A DNA stretch of 64,000 bases from Alphaproteobacteria bacterium (GTDB lineage: Bacteria; Pseudomonadota; Alphaproteobacteria; UBA11073). Below are positions 23,114-33,469 of the stretch, one piece after another (within the stretch, counting starts at the first letter, position 1; each line of letters begins with the position of its first letter). The stretch spans positions 4,466 through 68,465 of the forward strand of contig JABDAM010000001.1 in assembly GCA_013289145.1 (NCBI GenBank), given 5' to 3'. Under the pieces are notes generated by a model. It saw only the letters and a program-made list of their open reading frames with translations. It did no database searches and was not told the DNA's origin. Position numbers and translations under genes: made by a program.

Positions 23114-25270
23114 TTAAAAAGCTTTTTTATCCGCCGGTGTCAAGCTTTTCGTGTTATCCGGCGCTACATTTCCGGGATCCAGCGGGCTTGCGCCTGTGGT
23201 CGGATCATAGGGGCAATAGGCGTTGAAAAGCATGGATACAACCGTCCGCAAAGCGTCGCAACCTTGGCCGTTATGGCGGGCAATCAGTTCGTTCGGCCCC
23301 AACCAGGTCACGGCATAATTAAACCGGGCAAATTTTTCATTCGCCAGGCGCTGGTAATCAACCCCTGCCCGCTCCGGCGTGGTTATCAAGGTCATGTGAA
23401 TTTTGCGGCCATCCCAACTATCGGGATCATTGATATTAAAGACGTCAATTTTATCCGCGCGCCAGCCCAGGATACTGAGCGATACGGCGTTCAACGCGCC
23501 CAAAACATCCGCTTTATACCGGACATAGGTAAAGACCGGCTTTTCGTGATGGTTTTGCAAGCGTTCTAAATAAATGAGGGTATGAATCTTGTCGGCGATA
23601 AAATGTGAAACGTCATAACCGGCATTGGCGGTGTGCGGCACTTCGCGATAAACCAGTTTCAGGAAGTTGAATTTTTTCTCCTGCGGCAGCGCTTCCCATT
23701 GATGCACCAGCATTTGGTTGTCATCCAGATTGGGTTGATTATACGAGATCCATAATTCCTGATAGGGTTTGTGCGGAAACAAATAGTTATGCACCGCAGG
23801 CACGCACAGAGCAGCGGCGAAGGATAAAACAATCACCGTAATGCCGGCCATCGCGGTTTTGGCGATCGGCGCCTGTTCTGGCCAGCGCCAGTGTGCGGAT
23901 GAGAAAAATTTGCGCGGATGATCCAGCAGCATCGCGCCCTCATTCATAATAAATGCGGTAAATGACGGAATGGTAAAGAGCAAAGCCAACAAGGCAACAT
24001 AACCATAAGGCGGCGCCATGTAATAGACCAATCCTATGGCAACCGCATAACCGATATAAACCATCGCCATCATGCCCGCGATAAAAAGATGCTCCCCTCG
24101 CCGCCGCAATGCAAAAAGCAAAGCGGTCAGGCCCATAAGCGTGCACAAAATACTACTGAGATGACGGAAATCAAAATCATAATTGAATAATATATTGCTG
24201 GTGATGCGCGCCGCGAGGGAACGCGTCACAAATCCCGGGTCCTGGCGCCAGACCTGCATGAATTCTTTTTGAGCTGCGATGTCGTGCTTGGTGTAATCGC
24301 AATAATTATATCGAATGCCGTAATCTTTTTCAGTTTTGGTGAAAACGTATAAATCTTCATCCTCCAGGCCGTATTGGTTGGGATAATGGCCCAGCCCCTG
24401 AAACGCCGTGTGCCAGGACATGCGCGTGGAAAGCGCAAAGTGCCCCATGACGCTGGAGGCGCGCATAACCTGCGGCATGATGGTGAGGGCAAAGATCAAA
24501 AAGAAAATACCGCAATAACGCCGCAATGACGGCACCGTTAAAAACACGGCGATAAAGGTAAGCGCCACGATCAACGCCGTCGACCGCACCCACAGGGTGA
24601 AACCGATCGCGGCGGCGGCCAGGATAATCAGCGGAATGGCGTAAAGGCGTTTGTCGCCCTCCACCAGCGCCCGCCGCGCCCAGATCAAAGATATCACCGC
24701 CAATGAAATCAGCCAGCCTTCCCAGAAATATTGAAAGGGAAAGACCGCCTGATAGGCAAACACCGGATGGACGCCGTAAAATAATCCCGCCATCGTCGCG
24801 GGAATAATCCCCATGCGCAGAAACGTAAAAAATAATAAAAACAACATCACGCCGTCGCAAACCAATTGCAGGCATTCGGCGCGCAAATAACTATCGGGAA
24901 TATCGGTCATCAACTTGCGCGCAATCGCCACGATAATGCCGAAACCGGGATCGAGCGCGAGATAAGTGCATTTGCCGTCTTTGGGAGAGTCGTTCAAAAT
25001 ATAATCACTGATCTGAAGGCGGTGCATGTTGACCATCATGCGCGAGATATCAACCACGCCCAATTTCTCGCCTTTTAACCAGTTTTCCGACATATCGTGG
25101 AAAGTGTAATAATTCGGATGGATCGTTTGATTAGGCGGGATCTGATATAAAAACAAAAAATCAAACCGCGTCGTGAACCAAGACCCAAAACAAAGCAGCA
25201 GCGCGCCCAAAACCAGCCATTGTTTGCCTGTCAGATAAAAATTAAGGCTGGCTTTGGATGGGTTGTCCAT
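23114..25270 (-). CDS. Polytopic membrane protein, 718 aa, about 12 TM plus a C-terminal about 250-aa soluble domain. Paralog of the upstream gene. Function unknown (GT-C-like architecture?).
   Basis: Multiple hydrophobic helices. Conserved loop motifs LDPGFG and [28 protein letters not shown] are shared with its neighbour. Confidence 0.6.
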   Translation of the reverse strand: MDNPSKASLNFYLTGKQWLVLGALLLCFGSWFTTRFDFLFLYQIPPNQTIHPNYYTFHDMSENWLKGEKLGVVDISRMMVNMHRLQISDYILNDSPKDGKCTYLALDPGFGIIVAIARKLMTDIPDSYLRAECLQLVCDGVMLFLLFFTFLRMGIIPATMAGLFYGVHPVFAYQAVFPFQYFWEGWLISLAVISLIWARRALVEGDKRLYAIPLIILAAAAIGFTLWVRSTALIVALTFIAVFLTVPSLRRYCGIFFLIFALTIMPQVMRASSVMGHFALSTRMSWHTAFQGLGHYPNQYGLEDEDLYVFTKTEKDYGIRYNYCDYTKHDIAAQKEFMQVWRQDPGFVTRSLAARITSNILFNYDFDFRHLSSILCTLMGLTALLFALRRRGEHLFIAGMMAMVYIGYAVAIGLVYYMAPPYGYVALLALLFTIPSFTAFIMNEGAMLLDHPRKFFSSAHWRWPEQAPIAKTAMAGITVIVLSFAAALCVPAVHNYLFPHKPYQELWISYNQPNLDDNQMLVHQWEALPQEKKFNFLKLVYREVPHTANAGYDVSHFIADKIHTLIYLERLQNHHEKPVFTYVRYKADVLGALNAVSLSILGWRADKIDVFNINDPDSWDGRKIHMTLITTPERAGVDYQRLANEKFARFNYAVTWLGPNELIARHNGQGCDALRTVVSMLFNAYCPYDPTTGASPLDPGNVAPDNTKSLTPADKKAF

Positions 25271-27293
25271 TTAACTCTCCGCATTGATGATTGAAATAAC
25301 GCGCCAATTGCAGCCGCGTTTCGGAACAGCCGTCATGCACATGCGCGCCGATATATTCGCCATTGCCCAGGGCGCGCAGATCCCAGTTCCAATGGTCGAA
25401 TTTTTTTATCATCAATTCATCGACGCGTTGGGCTGATAATAATGTATTAGGCACCAGTTTAATGCGCAGTTGCTTGCCTTCCCATGTCGCCGGGTCGGCA
25501 ACGTCAAAAGAACTGATTTCGGCATAACCGACGCCCGCAATGGATTGCGACGCACGCGCCAGCGGTTCGTAGGTGTCGCTGTCCACCTTCCGGTTGAACC
25601 AGAATTCGCCGCCCGAGCCGTCCAGATTGGTAAAGCTGGCTTCGCGTAAGTTTTGAATGACATATTGGTAAACCGGATCGTCCGGCCCGCTAATATGATT
25701 TTCCGTATGGGATTTCATAAAAGCGATCAGACGCGCATGCACCGCGGGTGGCAGAGCATCAATGCGCTCATGCAGCTTCATAAAGGCTTTTCCCATAATC
25801 ACCGGCGGCGTATCCCAGCGCACGGTGATAACCGGATTAGGCGTGAAATATTGCTGCACCGGCGGGAAAAATAAGACCACCGCGACAATGGCGGAAAACA
25901 ACAGGCCGATATTGACCGGCTGGATTTTATCCTTGTCCCATTTGGGCCAATCGCGCCGGATCGCGCGGCGCACCAATTCACACAGCCCCGCCACCGCGAC
26001 GGCAGAACCGAAAATATTCATCATCTGCGTGGGATAGGAATATTCGCGGTGAATATAATAGACGAATGAATAGGCCGTATTAATCAAAACATACATCATC
26101 GCGGCCAGCAGCGCCAAAACCTGCATATCGCCACCGAGCCACAGGCCGAACATCAAACCCGCCCAGGCGGCGAATAAAATATAATGATCCCAGAAGACGA
26201 AATTCTGATCGCTGAAGTTGCCAAAGATGCTGGCGAACATGCGCTGGGCGATGGAATGGACGATGTAACCCGGATTATCATGCCATAGCGCCTGGTATTT
26301 TTGCTTCATCACCTGGTCTTCCTGGCTGTAATCACAGAAATTATAATTTATATGATCTTCCTGGTGCGAACGTTCGAACAGATATAAATCGTCATCCTCC
26401 AGCGCATATTGGTTGGGATAATGCCCCAGCGCCTGAAAGGCCGTATGCCACGACATGCGCGTGGAATAAGCCAGATGGCCGCTGAGCTGCGTCGCGCGCA
26501 TCACCATACCGCCCGCAAAGAGCACGTAAATCACGGCGGGGTAAATCAGCCAGGGGCGAAGCGTTTTGGAAAAGATCGCCGAGGCGCCGAGCATAATGGG
26601 CGCGAAAATAAACCAGCTGCTGCGGATCCAAACGCCCGCGCCCAAAATCAGGCCGAGCAGAATCGCCAGCGTGATAAGCATCGCCTTTGGCCGGTCGTCT
26701 TTTTGCAGACGGTAAATCCAGAGCAGCAGCAAAACCGACAGCGTCGCCACCAGCCCGTCCCAGAAATGATACCAGGCCGCGTCGGCGCTAAGCGCGAAAA
26801 CGCTGTGCGAGGCATAAAGCAGCGCGCCGAAAACCGCCGGGATCCAGCCCCAGCGGTAAAAGGTCAGATAAAAAAAGATCACCAGCAACGCATCCAAAAA
26901 TAATTGGATGGAAATAATCCGCATTTCCGTATCAGGAATAAAAAACATTATTTTATTCGCGGCCGCGTAAATGCCGCCCAAACCGGGATCCAATGTTTTA
27001 AACGCGCAATATTTATCACCGGGCTGGCGGTCGGTTTTATAAACTTCCTTGGAAGAAAAATCCAAATTGCGCATCAGGCGCATTTCATTAACCTCGCCGA
27101 ATTTATGGCCTTCATCCAGGCTGACGGCGATGTCCTTAAACACCTTTGTCATCGCGTGATGCATCGGCTCAAAATTAAAGATCAGATAAACGCGCGTGCC
27201 GGCCCAACCCGCCAGCACAATCACGAGGCCCAGAGCAAAGAAAAATTTCCGCCAAGCTTGGGCATTGGGGTTTGTCGCGTCGAATTGCATCAT
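25242..27293 (-). CDS. Polytopic membrane protein, 683 aa, tandem paralog of 23114..25270
   Basis: Same architecture. Motifs [34 protein letters not shown] and CDYSQED are shared with the downstream paralog. Confidence 0.6.
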   Translation of the reverse strand: MMQFDATNPNAQAWRKFFFALGLVIVLAGWAGTRVYLIFNFEPMHHAMTKVFKDIAVSLDEGHKFGEVNEMRLMRNLDFSSKEVYKTDRQPGDKYCAFKTLDPGLGGIYAAANKIMFFIPDTEMRIISIQLFLDALLVIFFYLTFYRWGWIPAVFGALLYASHSVFALSADAAWYHFWDGLVATLSVLLLLWIYRLQKDDRPKAMLITLAILLGLILGAGVWIRSSWFIFAPIMLGASAIFSKTLRPWLIYPAVIYVLFAGGMVMRATQLSGHLAYSTRMSWHTAFQALGHYPNQYALEDDDLYLFERSHQEDHINYNFCDYSQEDQVMKQKYQALWHDNPGYIVHSIAQRMFASIFGNFSDQNFVFWDHYILFAAWAGLMFGLWLGGDMQVLALLAAMMYVLINTAYSFVYYIHREYSYPTQMMNIFGSAVAVAGLCELVRRAIRRDWPKWDKDKIQPVNIGLLFSAIVAVVLFFPPVQQYFTPNPVITVRWDTPPVIMGKAFMKLHERIDALPPAVHARLIAFMKSHTENHISGPDDPVYQYVIQNLREASFTNLDGSGGEFWFNRKVDSDTYEPLARASQSIAGVGYAEISSFDVADPATWEGKQLRIKLVPNTLLSAQRVDELMIKKFDHWNWDLRALGNGEYIGAHVHDGCSETRLQLARYFNHQCGELNGQPIQSQP

Positions 27294-27334
27294 GCCAGCT
27301 ATACTTTCTTTACCGGGGCGCGTAAATCCATTGC

Positions 27335-28084
27335 ATGTCGCGCAAATCCGCCCCGCAAAAACAATGGCTTTATGGCTGGCATGCCGTGCTGGCCGCCTGG
27401 GCGAACCCGGCGCGGATTTGTCATCGGTTGTTATTGGGCCTGGATAGCGGGCGCGAATTTCAAGAACGCGCGCAAATGCCTGTGGGCAAAACGCGGCCTG
27501 CCATTGAATACGCCGAACGCGCGAAGTTTGAAAAGATTTTGGGCAAAGGCGCCGTGTTTCAAAACATCGCGGCGGAGTTTACGGAACTCGAACCCCTCGC
27601 CATGCCGGACCTGATCCGCATGGTGAAAATGCGCGAACGCGTGACGTTTATTATGCTCGACCAAGTTACCGATCCGCAAAATGTCGGCGCGATTATGCGC
27701 TCCGCCTATGCCCTCGGCGCGGATGCGATGATTTTGCAAGACCGCCACGCGCCGGATGGCGCGGGCGCACTGGCCAAGGCTGCGTCGGGCGCGCTGGAAT
27801 TATTGCCGATTTGCGAAGTGGTGAACCTGTCGCGCGCGCTGGCCGAATTGGCCGAAGCGGGCTGCGCCGGCCTCGCCCTCGATGAACGCGAAGCGCCTAT
27901 TCATACCGTTAATATTCCCGCCAAAGTCTGCCTCGTCATGGGCGCTGAAGGCGACGGCCTGCGCCCCTCCGTCCGCGCAGCATCCACCCTCGCCGCATCC
28001 CTGCCGACAAGGGCAGATTTCGGGACGTTAAACGTCTCCAACGCCGCCGCGGTGGCGTTATATGAGTGTTTGAAAGTAAAATAA
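27335..28084 (+). CDS. rlmB: TrmH/SpoU-family RNA 2'-O-methyltransferase (RlmB-like)
   Basis: LYGWHAVLAAW N-terminal motif and a C-terminal SPOUT domain (LVMGAEGDGL...LNVSNAAAVALYE). Confidence 0.8.
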   Translation: MSRKSAPQKQWLYGWHAVLAAWANPARICHRLLLGLDSGREFQERAQMPVGKTRPAIEYAERAKFEKILGKGAVFQNIAAEFTELEPLAMPDLIRMVKMRERVTFIMLDQVTDPQNVGAIMRSAYALGADAMILQDRHAPDGAGALAKAASGALELLPICEVVNLSRALAELAEAGCAGLALDEREAPIHTVNIPAKVCLVMGAEGDGLRPSVRAASTLAASLPTRADFGTLNVSNAAAVALYECLKVK

Positions 28085-28125
28085 TATTTGATTTTCCGGT
28101 CCTGCCTCCATAAAGTAAGCCGATA

Positions 28126-29343
28126 GTGAATTCAAAGGAATATGTTATGAGCAGACAGCATAAAAATACCCAACAGCAGCATCCTCAGGTTAAGAAAACC
28201 CCGCCTCCGGCTAAACCACAACCGGTTTCGGTCATCAGCAATGCAGAAGAAATTAAAGACATTCTTAAAGAAAACGCCATTAGCTTGCAAAAAAAGCTGT
28301 TGCCATCTCCGGGAAAAACACTTGTGAACGGTCTGATTTTCAGCCTTATTTGCAATTTAACGGCATGGATTTTTACAAACACGCTTGACGCCAATCACAT
28401 CCACCCCGTCTTAACCGCGCCAAAAGGGGTAAAAGCGTCCGAACGGCAAGGGCATTATATTTTCAGCGGCTCCGGCCTGACGGCTTATGGGGAGATGAGC
28501 AACAGCCTTTCAGACGCGATGGCAAATAAATTGGGATCGAGTTTCGAAGGCTATGGTTATTACAAAGCCGGCGGCTCCTATATTAACGCCCTGCAAGTTC
28601 AAAGCCCGGAGAACGAATTATCCGTGGGCTTTATGCAATCGGATACCCTACCTTTTATGCGCAGACACGGGGAAAGCAAAACAGCGGATGGCGTAAAAAT
28701 CCTGATGCAAACCCAAGAATACGAAGCAGTTTTTATGCTTACCAACACAGACCGCTTTAAATCTTTGACGGATTTGCAGAATGCCGCGCTGCTTGCTGAA
28801 AAAAAGCCGGGCCTCACGCCTGTGATTGCGACGGCAAGCCATTATACCAGCGGCTCTTATTACACTGCTAAAAATATCGCTGAATGCCTGGGCGGAAAAA
28901 TAAAGGTGACGGATTACGCCACCCCCAGCATCGCCATGGATACCGTCATGGATGGCAATGCCGATATCTGCCTGTTTGTGGAATATCCCGGACCGATCAA
29001 AGATGAAGCGATGGGTTCGCTGAAAAGCTTATTTGATAAAAAGCAAAGCCAGAAAGGCAGCCACCTTTCGCTGCTTAATGTCGGTCTTTCCGATTATAAC
29101 AGAATAAAAGGGCTGAGTAATTATTATAGCGACGCCGATGTTAATATTCCAAATTTCGGCCGGAGGAATGTTCTGGCAACCCGCATTGTGATTGTCGGGC
29201 CGGATCCGGATCACATCCAAGATCCGGCGACGCGGAACAGCGCGGGCTATTTTCAGCAGTTTTTCAAATCCCAAATCACGCCGAATGACGTGAAGCTGAG
29301 TTCCAAAGAAAACATCAAAATCGTTCACGATATTCCACAGTGA
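28126..29343 (+). CDS. Hypothetical protein with one N-proximal TM helix, low G+C (ORFan)
   Basis: Long ORF, A/T-rich codons, hydrophobic segment LVNGLIFSLICNLTAWIF. No motif recognised. Confidence 0.5.
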   Translation: MNSKEYVMSRQHKNTQQQHPQVKKTPPPAKPQPVSVISNAEEIKDILKENAISLQKKLLPSPGKTLVNGLIFSLICNLTAWIFTNTLDANHIHPVLTAPKGVKASERQGHYIFSGSGLTAYGEMSNSLSDAMANKLGSSFEGYGYYKAGGSYINALQVQSPENELSVGFMQSDTLPFMRRHGESKTADGVKILMQTQEYEAVFMLTNTDRFKSLTDLQNAALLAEKKPGLTPVIATASHYTSGSYYTAKNIAECLGGKIKVTDYATPSIAMDTVMDGNADICLFVEYPGPIKDEAMGSLKSLFDKKQSQKGSHLSLLNVGLSDYNRIKGLSNYYSDADVNIPNFGRRNVLATRIVIVGPDPDHIQDPATRNSAGYFQQFFKSQITPNDVKLSSKENIKIVHDIPQ

Positions 29344-29439
29344 TGATTAATATTGCGTAAAATGCCGTTTTGCAGGGGGTGACAAAGCCCCGGTGGCCGA
29401 CCTATATATTCTATCATCCCTTTTGCAATGGAGCCTTTT

Positions 29440-30066
29440 ATGACCCAACTCACCCTGCCCGAATTACCTTACGCTAAAGACGCGCTGGCGCCCTATATGT
29501 CGGCGGAGACTTTGGAATTTCACCACGACAAACACCACCAGGCCTATGTGACCAAGGGGAATGAGTTGCTGGCGGGCAGCGGGCTGGAAAATGCGAGCCT
29601 GGATGAGATTGTCAAACAGTCGTTCGGCAAACCGAATTTGCAAGGGCTGTTCAACAACGCGGCGCAGCATTGGAACCATAACCATTTCTGGAAATGGATG
29701 AAACCGAACGGCGGCGGCGCGATCCCCGGTGCGTTGGAGAAAAAAATTGCTGAGGATCTGGGCGGCACGGAAAAATTCGCGGCGGATTTCGCGGCGGCAG
29801 GTGTGGGGCAGTTCGGCTCCGGCTGGTGCTGGCTCGCGCAGGATCCGAAGACGGGGAAACTGGAAATCATGAAAACCCCCAACGGCGAAAACCCGCTGGC
29901 GCACGGCAAGATCACACTGCTCGGCTGCGATGTGTGGGAGCATTCCTATTACATCGACTACCGCAACCGTCGTCCCGATTATCTGAAAGCGTTTTTGGCA
30001 AATATGGTGAATTGGGATTACGTGCTGGAACTGTACCAAAGCGACGCGCACCGCCAGGCGGCGTGA
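29440..30066 (+). CDS. sodB: Fe/Mn superoxide dismutase
   Basis: HHDKHHQAY, metal ligands, DVWEHSYY motif. ATG at 29440 with an upstream GGAG. Confidence 0.9.
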   Translation: MTQLTLPELPYAKDALAPYMSAETLEFHHDKHHQAYVTKGNELLAGSGLENASLDEIVKQSFGKPNLQGLFNNAAQHWNHNHFWKWMKPNGGGAIPGALEKKIAEDLGGTEKFAADFAAAGVGQFGSGWCWLAQDPKTGKLEIMKTPNGENPLAHGKITLLGCDVWEHSYYIDYRNRRPDYLKAFLANMVNWDYVLELYQSDAHRQAA

Positions 30067-31599
30067 TTATTGCGCTAAGGCCATTCCGTTCAGGTAACTA
30101 TCAATCTGCTGTTTTTGCGCTTTGGCTGGCTGGAAAACACGGTCATTATAATCCTTATCGACAGCCTTCCAATTTTTGACCGCGTCATCCAGGCGCTTGG
30201 AATCGACGGGAGAAAGAGCGTTGCCCGCCATACGGCGTAAATCCGGAATTGCCCGCCAGATTTCATTATGCGCATCCTCAAGCCGGCCCAGAGAAGTTTC
30301 GGAAGCCTGATCTAAAAGGTTAGAATTACGGCGCCAGAGGTGGGGCGTTTCTTCTTTTAAACAACTTGCAATGCTATCATATTTCAAATTATTCGGATGA
30401 TCTTCTCCCTGTGCTTTATCATAGCTCAATGTTAATTTAAAATTCCCGACATGGTCCAATCGATCCTTCGATGCTGGGATGGGCATCGCAACGAAACCTG
30501 AATAAAAACTGCCTTGCCAATTTCTTAATGTACCCACTGCTTCTCCCGCCTCCGCGAAAGTTATGGTCATGCGCTGCTTGCCGCCATATTGATCAAGCAG
30601 TTTTTGATGATTTTGTAATACAGACAAACGTTGCGCCTCTAGGTTTCGCATCGACTTCGTGCTGTCTTGCAGATAAGTGGTGAGATCTTTAAGGGCAGAA
30701 ATTGAATTCTGCTGATCCGCGCTTTTCACATAATTCAATGCGGCCATGCCAATAGCCAGAGCCATACCGGTTTTCAAAGGCAGGGTGTGCAGGCGGTAGT
30801 TTTTGCGAATCCATGTTGGATCTTCCTTATTTGTCGACCATGGCGCGACAATTGCAAGACCACGAAAAGCCGCCAGGGGGAAAGCAAAACCAACCAACAT
30901 CCGCCCCCAGAAATTGACATGCGCTGGATGAGCATTACAATCTGCGGAGGCATATATAAGAGCGGATATCACAGCCCCAGTATAATGCCCAAAGCGCCTC
31001 ATCCCCATATCACATAGAGATCCTGTAGAGTCTTCTATGGCTGCAGCAAAATACGGATAATTATCCTTACTCAGCTTCCAATTTTCCCACTTCACGCTGG
31101 CAGCGATTTTTTGCCCGGTGCGGCGCAGGCCTTGGCCGGCGGCTTGCGCTTTTGTCACAAGATAGTTTTTTGCCGCGATTTTGTGGCGTTGCAAAGCTGC
31201 ACGGCGCGGCGGCAGGGTCAGTGTTTTTTCCAAATCACGTGGCAAAATGCCGCCCTTTAACTCTACCGCGACATAGGTTAGCAGGCGGTCAAGATCATAT
31301 TGCAAATCTCTTGCGGCTTTGCCGTCATAACTATGCGGACGGCGGCCATTTTCAGCACCCAGCCAACCCTCCATGGTTTTGCGAATATCCGCCCCGGTAA
31401 CTGTGTGTTGTGCTGTCTGATCTAAATCCGCGTTTTCCTTGCCAAGACCGTATGCGCTGGAAATCGCGCTGACCAGGGCCTTTGGATCTTTCATGCCTTC
31501 AAACCGTTCGGCATCAAGCTTGCCCAGCAAATCTTCCAGCTGGAACGCAGTTTGGCTCGCCTGTTCAGCTTCGGCGCCATTATATAATTCGTGCTGCAA
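30067..31599 (-). CDS. Hypothetical 510-aa protein with a central bilobed hydrophobic segment, lower G+C. Candidate effector / membrane-inserting protein.
   Basis: Hydrophobic region AVISALIYASAD...MLVGFAFPLAAFRGLAIVAPW inside an otherwise hydrophilic protein. No motif recognised. Confidence 0.5.
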   Translation of the reverse strand: MQHELYNGAEAEQASQTAFQLEDLLGKLDAERFEGMKDPKALVSAISSAYGLGKENADLDQTAQHTVTGADIRKTMEGWLGAENGRRPHSYDGKAARDLQYDLDRLLTYVAVELKGGILPRDLEKTLTLPPRRAALQRHKIAAKNYLVTKAQAAGQGLRRTGQKIAASVKWENWKLSKDNYPYFAAAIEDSTGSLCDMGMRRFGHYTGAVISALIYASADCNAHPAHVNFWGRMLVGFAFPLAAFRGLAIVAPWSTNKEDPTWIRKNYRLHTLPLKTGMALAIGMAALNYVKSADQQNSISALKDLTTYLQDSTKSMRNLEAQRLSVLQNHQKLLDQYGGKQRMTITFAEAGEAVGTLRNWQGSFYSGFVAMPIPASKDRLDHVGNFKLTLSYDKAQGEDHPNNLKYDSIASCLKEETPHLWRRNSNLLDQASETSLGRLEDAHNEIWRAIPDLRRMAGNALSPVDSKRLDDAVKNWKAVDKDYNDRVFQPAKAQKQQIDSYLNGMALAQ

Positions 31600-31669
31600 G
31601 CCATTTTAGTTTCGCCTTTAATTTGACATCAGAATAACATGCCGGCGGCCGCAAGTAAAAGAAAAATCG

Positions 31670-32314
31670 TTAAAATACTTTCATCCATGCGGTGCGCAGC
31701 GCCGCATCCAAATCCGCCATCGTAGCCCCCACGCCCAGCGCGGCGAGTGACGTAACGCCATGCTCGCTGATGCCGCAGGGCACGATACCGGCGTAATGCG
31801 ATAGGTCCGGCGCGACGTTGATGGAAACACCGTGGAAAGTGATCCAGTGCCGCAATCGCACGCCGATGGCGGCGATTTTATCTTCGCGGCCACTGGGCGT
31901 TGCAACCCATAACCCCACTCGCCCCTCGCGGCGTTCGGCATTCACGCCGAATTCACGCAACGACAAAATCACCCACTCTTCCAAATTCCAGACATATTTG
32001 CGCACGTCTTGCCCGCCGCGTTTTTTCAAATCCAGCATCACATAAGCAATCCGCTGTCCCGGGCCGTGATAGGTATATTGGCCGCCCCGCCCCGTTTCAA
32101 AAACTGGAAATCGCGCATCCAGCAAATCCGCCACGCGCGCCGAAGTCCCCGCGGTATAGAGCGGCGGATGTTCAAGCAGCCAAACGCATTCACCGGATGT
32201 GCCGGACCATTCATCCGCCGCACCCGCGCGGATGTCGGCGACGCGCTGTTCCATGAACGCCAGCGCATCGGGGTATTCAACCAAACCGTCGGATGTTTTC
32301 CATTCTATCTGCAT
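31670..32314 (-). CDS. lipB: Octanoyltransferase LipB
   Basis: [11 protein letters not shown] and C-terminal GVxxxKI / catalytic-Cys region typical of LipB. Confidence 0.85.
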   Translation of the reverse strand: MQIEWKTSDGLVEYPDALAFMEQRVADIRAGAADEWSGTSGECVWLLEHPPLYTAGTSARVADLLDARFPVFETGRGGQYTYHGPGQRIAYVMLDLKKRGGQDVRKYVWNLEEWVILSLREFGVNAERREGRVGLWVATPSGREDKIAAIGVRLRHWITFHGVSINVAPDLSHYAGIVPCGISEHGVTSLAALGVGATMADLDAALRTAWMKVF

Positions 32315-32853
32315 TACTCATACTTCAATTCCGGCAGCCGACGGCCCATTTCTTTTTTCCCGCCTTCTATGTTTTGGGCCAATTGTATTTTTTGCGCGTC
32401 TGTCAGTTCATTGCTGACAAGCAAATGGGGTATCTTAAAAAATAATTTCTTGGCAATTTGCAATTGCAGCACATGGGTTCCCAGATATTCATTACGCTGG
32501 TCGAGCTTTGTTTCATAATGCTCGGCGGAATCAAATTCGGCGATCTCCGACAAATTTTGCGACCACAGACCGGATTCCGCGCCTTTTTCGTAATAAAACA
32601 CTTGCTCTGGGTGCGCCTTGAAAACGCTAAGAAACGCAGTCCCTGAATGCCTTGCGCTAAAATATGTCTCCACCAAATCCCAGCAGGCAAACGCATGCAG
32701 CAGCGGGCCGTCATTTTCCTCACCATATAATGTTCTTTGCCAGTCGGGATGCTTTGTGATCCGAAACAAAAAAGCGGCGGCGGGCGAATTACGGGACCAT
32801 TCCATCGGCACCGCGCTATACGACAAACTATCGAAAATATCTTTCATCTTCAT
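32314..32853 (-). CDS. Hypothetical protein (179 aa), lower G+C
   Basis: ORF only. No motif recognised. Confidence 0.45.
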   Translation of the reverse strand: MKMKDIFDSLSYSAVPMEWSRNSPAAAFLFRITKHPDWQRTLYGEENDGPLLHAFACWDLVETYFSARHSGTAFLSVFKAHPEQVFYYEKGAESGLWSQNLSEIAEFDSAEHYETKLDQRNEYLGTHVLQLQIAKKLFFKIPHLLVSNELTDAQKIQLAQNIEGGKKEMGRRLPELKYE

Positions 32854-33350
32854 GCCTCATTATTTCGTTCTTCAAATACACCAGTTTGGATATTTTTTCT
32901 GACTTGCGCCGCATCGAAGACACGTCCGTTCATCGCGACATAAACCCCCGGCGGCAAAGTTTGCGCGGCCACGATGGCGCCGCCCAAATTAAAACTAGCG
33001 TCGGAACGCAGCAATGCAAACGGCCGCATCGCGCCTGTCAGAACAACGGTTTTACCCGGCACCGCGCCGTTCAGGTATTCAGCCGTCTGCGCCATGGTGC
33101 TGGTGCCGTGGGTGAGGACGATTGCTTCTTCCGTACGCGCCAGAATGGCATGTTTCATCGCTTCGCGGTCCTGATCCGTAATATCCAAACTGTCTTTTTG
33201 CATCAGGATTTGGTACGGCACATCCTTGACCCGGCATTCGCGCAAAATATCCGAGATGTGCGACTGGCCGGTAAAGACCAGCTTTTCCGTAATCGGATCG
33301 TGGTCTTTGTCAATCGTGCCGCCGGTGGCGAGGATGCAGATATCGTTCAT
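32850..33350 (-). CDS. Short asparaginase/glutaminase-domain protein (166 aa)
   Basis: ILATGGTI threonine-containing signature of the asparaginase N-terminal domain. Much shorter than AnsA/AnsB. Confidence 0.6.
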   Translation of the reverse strand: MNDICILATGGTIDKDHDPITEKLVFTGQSHISDILRECRVKDVPYQILMQKDSLDITDQDREAMKHAILARTEEAIVLTHGTSTMAQTAEYLNGAVPGKTVVLTGAMRPFALLRSDASFNLGGAIVAAQTLPPGVYVAMNGRVFDAAQVRKNIQTGVFEERNNEA

Positions 33351-33392
33351 TCCAATAAATTAGTCGTTTTTTAGTTATATTTCCAGCAGCAC

Positions 33393-33423
33393 TCTTCACC
33401 GCCCATTCAGGGCGGTGAAGACT
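33393..33423. terminator. Strong 12-bp perfect hairpin (tcttcaccgccc-attca-gggcggtgaaga) downstream of the coiled-coil gene, without a U tract
   Basis: The inverted repeat is seen directly. The absent T-run makes an intrinsic-terminator assignment uncertain. It could be a REP-like element. Confidence 0.35.
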
Positions 33424-33469
33424 GTATCTTGCGGAAATTTTGGACGTTTACCGGGAGGAACAGATTATT

